64,000 nucleotides of DNA from Octopus bimaculoides (taxonomy: Eukaryota): assembly GCF_001194135.2 (NCBI RefSeq), contig NC_069003.1, positions 21,265,587 through 21,329,586 of the forward strand, in the 5' to 3' direction. Positions 24,101 to 36,400 of this stretch are shown here, piece by piece. How positions within the stretch are numbered: the stretch's first letter is position 1; each line of letters begins with the position of its first letter. Under the pieces are notes generated by a model. That model was not told the origin of the DNA, ran no database searches, and saw only the letters and a list, made by a program, of their open reading frames with translations. A program made the position numbers and the translations under genes.

Positions 24101-27100
24101 CACCTAGGGCTTCCATACGACCCCTTCCTATCACATTTCACTTGAAAAACATATGTCCACCCAAGACTTTAGTAGAAGATACCTACCCAAGGTGCCATGC
24201 TGTGGAATTGAACCTGAAGCCACATGGTCAAAATTTGCAATTGTTAACCACCCAACCCCACAGTTTATACAGTAACATTAGCAACCTCATATCAATTAAA
24301 GATGTTAACTACTTTATATCAACTAAAAATCAACAATAACAAAAGTAAATCTTGCAAAAACAGTACAAATAATGATAAAGTATCTATTTTTTACCCTGAA
24401 AATAATTTCCATCTTGGTATCCCTCCATCAGAAAAGAGGATTCATGTACTTTTCTCCTCATGTTGAGAATTATAGTTCTACATGAACTAATTAAATAACA
24501 TACAAATGAGCTAACATTAATTGCTTTCACCCAATGCACATAATACCGCCAGGCAAAACAATAATTGGTTAATTTAGTACTCACTAGTTGTGGACCGAAT
24601 GCTGCCATACTTCAGCCTATCATCAGTTTGTTTCTTGGCCATAGAAATTGAGAAGTTCAAGTCTTCAATCCATTTGTCTTTCTCTTCTTCAGAACTGGTT
24701 AAATAAAGTAACACACAAAATAAACAAAATGCCAGCTAAAGACAATACATTTCAAACTCTTCAACTCAAACTAGTTTTCCACATTGACGATACTATCAAT
24801 TTGTCACAATCCCTCAGACAATATTTTGTGTCAATATTTTTCAGTGACTGGGCAGGATTTGAACTCAGAATGCACAAGGTTGGAGCAGATATCACAAAGC
24901 ATTTTGTCTGATGCTGTCATGATTCTGCCAATTCACCACTCTGGACAGTTGCATCAAGAGATGCCGATATCTCTAATTGTGAAGAGAACATGTGGAAGAG
25001 GTAGACCTAGGAAGACGTGGGATGAAGTAGTGAGAAAAGATCTTAGATGTTGGGCCTCACAGAGGGGACGACAAGGGACTGTGACTCCAGGTAGTTTGCT
25101 GTGCTTGAGAAGAAGATAGTCAAGCTAAGTAAATTCATGGTCATCCTTGTATACAGACATGTCCCTTCCTCTTCAGCTGAGCATTCCTAATCTTGGGATC
25201 TTGTGAGTGCAGGTGCCACATAAAAATACCTATGCCAGTGCTACATAAAAGCACCCAGTACACTCTGTAGAGTGGTTGGTGTTAGGAAGGGCGTCCAGCC
25301 ATAGAAACCATGTTAAATCAGACATGGGGCCTGGGCACCTCTTCAGCTGATCAACTCTCATCAAACTGTTCAACTCATGCCATCATGGAAAACATACATT
25401 AAGTGATGATGATGATGGACAAATATTTTTTTATATAATCCTGAAGGGATGAAAGGCAAAGTTGAACTCAGAATGTTAAGGGTCAGAAGAAATGCCACAA
25501 AGCATTTTTCTGACCCTCTAACAATTCTGCCAGTTCATTGCCTTTGAAAATAATAATTTCTTACACTCTCTGAGTGGTTGGCGTTAGGAAGGGCATCCAG
25601 CTGTAGAAACTCTGCCAAATTTAGATTGGAGCCTGGTGTTGCCATCCAGTTTCACCAGTCCTCAAACCCATGCTAGTATGGAAAGCGGACGTTAAACGAT
25701 GATGATGATGATGATGAGAACCATCTACAAACACTTTCACTACTGACACTTCATACATTTCTCTACAAACAACAAGGAAAAAAAAAACAAAAAAAAACAT
25801 TCACCTGGCAGCAACGAGAATACATTTGTTTCCACCATAGATTGTAAAACTATTTGCCACAGCTACTTTGGAAATATCAGATTCTTCGACCTGCAAAATT
25901 CAGAACAAAAACTTTCTTGGAGTAATGTNNNNNNNNNNNNNNNNNNNNNNNNNNNNNNNNNNNNNNAGTTGACCTCAATAGTAACTGTCAGAACATATGG
26001 TCAGAGGAAATGGCTTAATAATAATAATAATCTCTTTCTACTATAATAGGCACAAGGCCTGAAATTTTGAGGGAGGGAGATATTGGATTACATCGACCGC
26101 AGTGCTTGACTGGTACTTATTTTATCAATTTTGAAAGGATGAAAGGCAAAGTTAACCTCACCAGAATTTGAACTTAGAATGTAAAAAAGGACGAAATGCT
26201 ACCAAGCATTTTGCTTGGCATGCGAACAATTCTGCCAGCTTTCAATCTTAATAATAATTATTGTAATAATGTGTTCTAACTGCAAAACCTGTGATGAGAC
26301 AAGTACCAAACTGTATCAGCCCAAACTAGCAGATTTCCCCATGGCTAGCAAAATGGAGAGGGGAGAATTGCCTGCACTTCATCTTCCTCGGAAACATCTT
26401 CCCTAAGCCTGTGTATACATGTACAGTTGAATGGTCAACACCGACCAACAGAGTCCCCTAGATAATAGAGTCCATAATAAACAATGTTGGAATAGAAAAA
26501 AAAAGAGAAAAATGGTCATGGTTTGGAATGTCTTTGGTTAGGGTAAACCACGGTCTAAACACCAACAACTATTGTTTTAAGGTGACCTCCTCCCATTTCT
26601 CAATCTTGTATTGTGTCTCTGGTGTGAGGCAGAACACTTGAGATCTTGTGTTTTCCTCTGCCATGGTCACTTTCAGCCGTCAACAGTATAATGGAACTGC
26701 AGAAAGAACCAGCTATTATTGGTCAGTTTTGTTAAATCGACAATGGAGCCCCTGTACGGTCACATTACCATCTAGAAATAGCACTTAAATACCCCTTAAA
26801 TCACAAGCTACTGTCTTTGATAGAAAGGCGGGATAGATTGGATGATGTAGTCATAGACTATTTATCAAACAAATAAAAAGTGATGGTTATGTTTGGAATG
26901 CCTTTGATCCATGTCTACTGCATCAGAGCTGACTGGAGGCAAAACAATAAGCCCACCAACACCACCCCACCCATGTATATCACTGTCAGTAACTCCTATT
27001 CCTCTAAGATCATATCTTACTTCCTTGTGTTATGACATCAAAGGTTAAAGGGTCAAAGAGCACCAGTGAATGGTCCATCTGAAACAATAGTCAACTCACC

Positions 27101-30100
27101 ATCATTCCTCGAAGAGGTAACTGGCCGTGCACTTTAAACTGGAGTAGAGATGTTGCTGTCCGACTTGTGTAGATTAGCATATCTGAAAACTGCATTGAAC
27201 AATATTGTGAGCATCATCATCATCATCTTAATCACTGTTAGTAAAGTGCAAGGTACATACTAAACACAAGTACACACACACAACTGGCAAGCTTCCATAC
27301 AGTTTCCATCTACCAAATTTCACTTACCAAGCATTGGTCATTCAGAGGCTATAGTAGAAAGCAGCACATACAGACACAAGATTAGTTGAGTTAGAGGTTA
27401 AAATAACCATCTAAGGGATAAAAGTATCCATTATACTACCAGTATATTACCTATATTTAACCATGGGTATACATATGCAAGCATATTATGCTCATAAATT
27501 ATAGGCAAAGACAAGGATAAACATGAGTTTATCAAGAATCAAAATTTAAAGAAAACAGAAAATGGAGAAATACTGATTAACAACAATTGACTTACATCAA
27601 TTATTATTTATCAATTTAATGCAAATAGATTGCATCCTATCTAACAGCTGTTTCTGCTTCCAATGTTGTATGGTATTGCCATTGATATACTAAAAATATT
27701 TATCATATTTGGCAATAAAACCTATCTGAAACATGGAGCCTAGGCTCCAAAGTTGTCTGGAGGCCATGATTGAAGCCAATGGCAATTTTATTGAATAAAT
27801 TTGCTCTTTAGTATTTCAAGATATTTTTATGTAATTTAGAAGTATAGGTACATATTTTTGCAAGACACACAAACATCCAAATGAATGCACTCAAGTATTC
27901 ATACACATATTTATTAAACACACACATGTAAGTTCATGCTATATACATATATTTATTCACTAAAAATACAAATACACCTTTCACCAAACTCAGTGGTGCA
28001 AGTCAAACACACACACACTAACCACCTATATGAACTAAACACACATACTCACTATACCCAGTCACACATGCTCTAAGTAAAACAGGATTACTATTGACAA
28101 TTTTTAATAAGAATTACCAAGAAGAACATTCTCTGTTGGTAACCTTTACGGGAAAACTTCTGCAGACATCCTTCTCGAATGAATTCCTGCAAATAGAAGA
28201 TTTTTAGTGAAAACAGAGATACTGGAAAATATATATTAGTGACAGTATATATTAATACCGAGAGGTGATATCTATCTTTCACTTAAATGTGGATGTTAGA
28301 ACAAACTATACTGTGAGAGAGACTCTCGTATTGGCTTTCTCGTGCAAAATGCACTTTTGTTTATATTGCTAGTGGGGCAATAAATCCCTGCCACCTCCAG
28401 CGGGGTCGAAGGTCACAACCAGAAATCACATGATCAGCTAGTCTCATCACTGGAGGTGGCAGGGATTAATCTTTCCACTAGCAGTATAAACAAGTGTACA
28501 TTTTGCACCAAAAGTCAATATAAGAGTTTCTCTCATGGTAACCAAAGCTTTATAGTTTGTTCTAACAGAACATCCACTTTTAAGTGGAGATAAATATTAC
28601 CCTTCAGAGATATTTGAGAGAAATTGAAGAAGGTTTACATGTATGTGTGACTAACAGATAATGACACAAATATGGCTGTGTGTTTTAGAGGTCTTGCTTC
28701 TCATCCATGTGGTTTTGGGTTCAGTTCCAATGTGTGGCACTTTGAGCAAATATTCACTACTATAGCACCAGACTGATCAAAGCCTTGTGAGGATTATGGT
28801 GGACGGAAACGGTAAGAAGCCCATTGTATACATTGTGTGTGTGTCTCTCTGTGTTGACATCATGTGAGGGTTGTAAACAAGTATCTCTGTCATATAAGCA
28901 GTGTCCTTCATTTCCAGTATTCAGTAGGGACATGCCTGGCCATGGGGAAATGTATGAGCAAGTCCTCTGTCTCATGCAAGATAATCCTACCAGGGATTTA
29001 CTCTCATTCTATGCAGCAGCTGCAGATTGGAAGAGACCTCATGGTAGGCCTTACACCAGATGGCTTGATGTGATTGGGGAAGATCTCCAGAGGCGCAATA
29101 TCACCTTGGAGGATGCAGAAGGACTGGCACAGGACTGCCAGCGATGGAGAACACTGGTGGACCTGGTCAGCTCTATGCATGATGATGCCTCTGGGATCGC
29201 TAACTTGGAATGACCCCAGCCCCATCAATCAAGAGCATGAACCCAGAAGCTGAGAAGAACTATAATGGATTGCATTTATAGTCTGACATCATTTATTATC
29301 AAACACTGAAACATACGTAACAGATAAAATAAAGGAATTCCAAGTTCAAACGCAGGTTCTTTTCTCTCATTATGTATGTGTGTGTGTGTGTGTGTGTGTG
29401 TATTTGTGCACATGAAATGTTTAAGCAATCCAATCTAACTCACCCTATCTGGATGTATGAGACTGTCGATTCCGACCAAATCTCGCTGAAGTTCTATAAG
29501 CTTCTGTAAATTATCCTGAAAAATGCAAAAGAAAACAGCTTGAAACAAAGATAAAATATTGGAAAATTACAAAATCATCAATAAAGAACTGAGAGAAATT
29601 GTAAAGGATTGGAATTGTGTGGAAAGTCTGGTGTTCCTTTAATATGTAAGATTTAAAGGCAACTGTTGTTGAGTAGTAGTTCCTCGAAATTTGGGAGTAA
29701 AATTACAAAATAATCATCATGATCATCATTACAATCACCGTAGTCATGGCTATTCCAATCATCATCATGGCTGGTAGATTAGAAATTACATTACAGTATT
29801 CAGGTTAGCATTACCTTTAACATATCCTCAATGCAACACTGCACAAAACAATGTCCTCAATACAACAGTGCACCCAGCATGTTCTTAATGTAACACTGCA
29901 TACATATCCTCAATACAACATTGCACCCGAATGTTCATGATGCAAAGCTGCACCCAACATATCCTCAACACAATATTGAACCCCACATATGTTCAATGCA
30001 ACTCTGCATCCAACATGTTCTCAATGCAACACTGCATTCAACCAACATGTCCTTGCTGCAACATTGCATTCAGTATGTACAGGCAAGCAGTCTGGTCATT

Positions 30101-31784
30101 GAACAGCTGGACATGCTGCACATGCATAATGCAGGGGTTGCTCTCTACCACTGGTTCTGTTGGTGCAGTTACAGACTGACAAGAGGGACATAAGAACAAC
30201 AACTACTTACCACTTTTTGCATTTTTTCTCTAGACAGATTGATTACTTCAAGAATATGGCTATGTGCTTCTGTTAAATAGAAAAGAGAAGACATATGAAA
30301 AAAACAGTAGATTCAGGCATAAGCATATCTAAGAGTACGTTATCTAATGTGTCTATCCAGTGTTTTAAGGAAAATTTGGCTGTTATTTCTATCAAGTTTA
30401 GCTTCAAACAAGCCAAACCACATTGCCAGAACTTTGTTTCATGTAGTTGAAAGCAGACCAGAACCAAGACCCTTGTGATATCCAACATTTCAAGAATCTT
30501 AGAGTCTTTATTACTGAAATATTCAGACATTTTCAATAAGAAAAGCAAACATCAAACTTTGGTTACAAACTACAAATATTTTCGTTTATTAAATATATAT
30601 ATGTAAATGCAGGCATGGCTGTGTGGTAAGAAGTTTGTTTCCCAACCACATGGTTCTAGGTTCAGTTCCACTGCTTGGCACCTTGGACAAGTGTCTTCTA
30701 CCAAAGCCTCAAGTTGACCAACACCTTGTGAGCGGATTTGGTAGACAGAAACTGAAAGAAGCCTATCATATACAGGGTGGGCCAAACATCATGCACAAAA
30801 TAAGTTCAGTATGCTCTGGAATTGTCAAAGACATGCGTTGTTTTTCTTAAATTTAATAAAATAAATATAATAATGATTAATACACACATACTTGTACATG
30901 ATGGACAAAATGAATAATAATAATAATCTAATATATTGAATTCTCATTAAATTCTCTCCAATCCATGCAAGCATGGAAAAGTAGAGGTTAAATCATAATA
31001 TGCATGTGTATATATGAATATATACATACATATTCATATATATGAATATGGTGAAGGTGCATGGCTTAGTGTTTCGGGTATTCGGCTCATGATCGTAAGA
31101 TCACAAGTTCAATTCCCAGCAGCATGTTATATCCTTGAGCAAGTCACTTTATTTCACTTTGCTCCAGTCCACACAACTGACAAGAATGAGTGGTACCTGT
31201 ATTTCAAAGTGTCAGCCTTGTCACATTCGCTGGGTCATACTGAATCTCCCAGAGAACTACATTAAGAGTACATGTGTCTGTGGAGTGCTCAGCCACTTGC
31301 ATGTTAATTCCAATCCACTGATTGGATCAACTGGAACTCTCGTCATCGTAACCGACGGAGTGTCACTATATATGAATACATATGTGTGTATTACTTGATT
31401 ACCTGAACATTTTTATGCCTGGCACTGACTTTTGCTTTAGTCTCTTCCTGTAAAGCAGGAGGTGCGGTGGGAGGGGATAGTGATAATGGAATTTTGTGTG
31501 AGAAAGTGATGTCATGAATGATAATATGAAGAGGAGGGCCGCCTCTTTTACTTTCATGTGTTGTGTGCGTGTGTGTGAGATAGATAGATAGAGACAGACA
31601 GACAGACAGAGAGTGACAAAGGGACAGACATGTTACCTTGGCAATTTTTGTAGTCAGGGTGGTCTTGGTTATAGTGTTTCAACAGTCCTGAAAATAAAAA
31701 TAAACACCCATTAAGTTTTGATTATATATATACATATATATATAATACATGGGCATAAATATATACATATACGGTCATTTATAC

Positions 31785-31820
<36 letters not shown>

Positions 31821-32078
31821 NNNNNNNNNNTATATATATATATATATATATATATATAGGTGCATATATATATATATACATACATGTGTGTGTGTATATA
31901 TGTATGTATATATATGTATATTTACACAGATATGTATATATGTGGATATATATGTATGTATACATGTACATGTCTGTATATAGACACATGCAAATGAATA
32001 TATATATATTCTTTTATCCATTTTAACCCTTAGGCTGCAATCATGCTGGATCACAACCAGTATACATGCATACATACA

Positions 32079-32109
<31 letters not shown>

Positions 32110-33437
32110 CTATAATGGGTCATCCCATAAATAATGTGGTTTTCCATACTCCTTTTATTTTTCAAAATTAAAATAAACAAAGTTCTTTTTTTTAATCTAA
32201 AATAAACTCTCCTTCATTTTCTACAATGCTCTTCCATCTTTCTGGTAGACTTGCAAGATTCCTCTTCCAAAATTCACTTGTTTTGATGAAAAATACTCCT
32301 CTAGGACTGTTCTGACCTTGTCTACAGAATTCATGTTTTTTCTAGCCAAAACATTTTGAATTTGGTGAGTGGGGCATCGTTTCCCATTCAAACTGCTCCA
32401 TTCTTTGGAATGTCATCCTCGCTGTTTGTGGCTGAGCATTATCCTGATGGAAGAACACCTTTCGTCTTGAAACAAAAGATGGTTGTTTTTCTTCTAGCAC
32501 AGGTGTTAATGAATGGTTGAATGATCAAATCCAAGCTTCTCTGCTAGTTCCTCAACAGTTGCAATGGAATTTTGTTCCACCACGGTTTGCAGGACATCCT
32601 TGTTGAGCTCTACACATCTTCCAGGATGAGGCTCGTCCTCTAGGCTATAGTTTCCTGCTTGGAATTTCTGGAACCACCATTGATACTGGCTTACGCTTAT
32701 TGTCCGATCGCCATATACTGCATTAATATTCCTCACACTTTCTGTAGTGTTGTTACCTTATGCTCCTTTGTCACTTCCATTATAGCTTTGAAAAAATAAC
32801 TTAATATTCAACTGCACACTTCAAAACTTGCACTAAGAATAAGGACAAGGTAAAATTNNNNNNNNNNNNNNNNNNNNNNNNNNNNNNNNNNNNNNNNNNN
32901 NNNNNNNNNNNNNNNNNNNNNNNNNNNNNNNNNNNNNNNNNNNNNNNNNNNNNNNNNNNNNNNNNNNNNNNNNNNNNNNNNNNNNNNNNNNNNNNNNNNN
33001 NNNNNNNNNNNNNNNNNNNNNNNNNNNNNNNNNNNNNNNNNNNNNNNNNNNNNNNNNNNNNNNNNNNNNNNNNNNNNNNNNNNNNNNNNNNNNNNNNNNN
33101 NNNNNNNNNNNNNNNNNNNNNNNNNNNNNNNNNNNNNNNNNNNNNNNNNNNNNNNNNNNNNNNNNNNNNNNNNNNNNNNNNNNNNNNNNNNNNNNNNNNN
33201 NNNNNNNNNNNNNNNNNNNNNNNNNNNNNNNNNNNNNNNNNNNNNNNNNNNNNNNNNNNNNNNNNNNNNNNNNNNNNNNNNNNNNNNNNNNNNNNNNNNN
33301 NNNNNNNNNNNNNNNNNNNNNNNNNNNNNNNNNNNNNNNNNNNNNNNGCTAAAGAAAGATTTTCTAAAAAGTTATTAACTATTTAAAAAAAATATCTTTG
33401 ACAGAAAACTATCATGAACCTTTTGGAAAGGAGATTT

Positions 33438-33485
<48 letters not shown>

Positions 33486-36400
33486 CATACACAATACACA
33501 GAATATAAAGAAAGTCAAGAGGTATGAGATGAATATATTTATTTCACCAGTTGATATCCATAAGATTATGATTGTTAATGAAAAAATAATTTATTTTAAT
33601 TTATAATAAATTATTTCATATGTCTGTATTAGTGTATATGTTATAGTTTACATGGTACTATTGTACATTTTACAAGCTAATACAGACATAGAAGGTCATG
33701 GGTACATCGATTTTTCAGCTCTGACATAAACATACAAAAAGCCATCTTCAAATATTAATGTATGGAAGGCAATAATTAATAAAATAATTTTCAATAGATG
33801 GGAGGATAGTGTTGGTGGAAATTAAGATAGCATATAATATGATAGAGTGAGAGTCAGATAGTTTATCATTAATAATCTAGAAGTATACATCACATACATA
33901 CATATACATTGAGTGTCACACAGAAATATGGATGGGTATGTGAAATAAAGTAAAGAAGGAACATGAAAGACAAGGACAGGGTGGAGAGATGCAATAAGGT
34001 GATGAAGTGGAACAACACTTACTTTCAAGTATTAACCGATAATGTAGAAGTCGTTGTCCGGGTTTTAGGAGAGATCGGAAGAGCGNNNNNNNNNNCAAAG
34101 GCAAGTAACACGTTTTTTCAGCCTCAAATTCTTTGTACAACTGCTCGAATTCTCTGTTCCGTTTGAGGGTTAGTTCCAATTCGGAGAGCATCTCTTCAAG
34201 CCGATCTAAGTAAGTTCGATAAATCTGAAAACCATTCATAAAAAGAAAAAAAAAAAGATAGGATAAGAAGAGTATAAAGACAGAAAAAAAAAAGGATGCA
34301 AATAGATGAGAGAAGGCAAAAATATAAGGAGAAAGAAATAAGTCATTAAAAGAAAAAGCATGAGAAAAATTATTATCATAATAATAATTCTTTCAAATTT
34401 TGGGACAAAGCTAGCAGTTTTGAGGAGAGGAAGCAAGTTGGGAGCAAGCAAATTCTGCCAGTTTATTGCTTTAATAATAATGGTTTCTCATTTTGGCACA
34501 AGGCCAGCAATTTTAGGAGATAAGGTAAGTCGATAAAAATCAACCCAGTACTTCACTAGTACTTTATTTTACTGATCTGCGAGGGATGAAAAGCTCAGTG
34601 GATGCTGGTGGAATTTGAACTCAAGACATTATAAGTTGGAAGAAATATCACAAGGTACTTTGATTGTCGCTCTAATAATTCTGCCTGCTTGCTACCGTCA
34701 TCATCATCATCATCATTTAATGTTCATTTTCCATGCTGGCATAGATTGGATGGTTTGACAGGAGCTGGCTAGTTCGAGAGCTGCCAGGGCCCCACTTGTC
34801 TGTTTTGGCTGGATGCCCTTCCTAATGCCAACCACTTTACAGAATGTACTGGGTGCTTTTTACATGACACTGGCACAGGTGCTCTTATGTGGCACCAGCA
34901 TGGGTGCTTTTACGTAGCCCCAACACCTGCAAGCCAGCAAGAATAGGATCTTTCAACTGAGAGAGGGATGTAGAGGACATGTTTGTATGGATGGCCATGC
35001 GTTTACTTAGCTTATCTTAATAATAATAATAATAATAATAATAATCCTTTCTGCTATAGGTACAAGGCCTGAAATTTTGGGGGAAATAATAAGTCAACTA
35101 CGTTAACCCCAGTGCTTAACTGGTACCCATTTTATCAATCCCAAAAGGACGACAGGCAAAGTCAGCCATGGTGGAATTTGAACTCAGAACGTGAAGATAG
35201 GTAAAATGCTGCAAAGCATTTTGCCCAGGGTGCTAATGATTCTGTCAGCTTGCTATTATTATTAATACATTGTTTCTTTGTTAAAGCAAGTAGGTGGAGA
35301 AAAACCTTGACAACATAATACCGTAAAATATACACCCTCCTAATATCATATTATGCACTCTCTTAACATCATATATTATATACACCCCTAGTTTTTATTT
35401 TTATTTTGATGGGAAAGTGTGTATTTCTGATGGAGATTTCCGGTAATGAAGAAGACTAGCTGTTCTGTAATGAGATAAGCTTTGAATCAATGTTTAACCT
35501 TTTAGCATTCAAACCGGGCCCAAATATTGTAAACTGACCAGATCAAGCCTCTCACAATTACCCTGTTAAGTCATCCTAAGAGTAAACAATCAGTTCATTG
35601 AGATCTGAAAGCTATGAGATAATACATTTGAATGAATAAGCATTACATATAATGGAATAATCTGAATGCTAAAAGGGTTAAATCTAGTCAAGACATGCAG
35701 GGGTGGTAACTCCACATCTCAAAATAAATTTTAACAAAATCAAAATGTGTGGACTTGGGACAGTGTAGAGTAGTGCTACTCAAAGTGGTGGTCCGCAGAC
35801 CGGTGCCAGTCCCCAAGCCATCAGCTGCGGTATGCATTGAGTTTCCAGAAAAGAAAGAAACATTATAAAATGCTTATGTAATATCGTATTATTTGTTTAT
35901 AAAATAAATATTAAAAAAACTGTCAACTTTTATTATATTCATTATATATATTGTTTACGGTATAAATTAATATTACTAAGAAATATTCTTTTCTACTCTA
36001 GGCACAAGGCCCAAAATTTTTGGGGAGGAGGCCAGTCAATTAGATTGACCCCAGAATGCAACTGGTACTTAATTTGACCTTGGCGGAGTTTGAACTCAGA
36101 ACATAAAGACAGACGAAGCGCTAAGCATTTCGCCCAGTGTGCTAACATTTCTGCCAGCTTGCTGCCTTATTACAAAGAAATATTACTGGTCCCTGGCACA
36201 TTAGGGGAAAAAAAAAAACCCTGCCAGTGTGCCACATCAGATAGTTTGAGAAGCACTGGTGTAGAACATGAAGAAAAGATGCATAAAGCAGAATGGTACT
36301 TACAGGAAGGACAGTATCCAGTTCTAGCAAGACGTTACCAATTTTCTGCGATTCTGGATTTACTGGGGTGTTATATTTGCCTTCCCTGTAAAGAAAAAGA

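Noticed and set aside
30273-30548. 91-aa ORF as the missing DH exon
   Set aside because: No FARP similarity or splice sites; the real exon is adjacent at 30211-30269.
31403-31448. Exon-like tttacag|GAAGAGACTAAAGC...CAG|GTAAT on the minus strand
   Set aside because: Open only in phase 0-0 while the flanking FARP exons need phase 1; inclusion would give an immediate stop, and 30211-30269 already fills the alignment.
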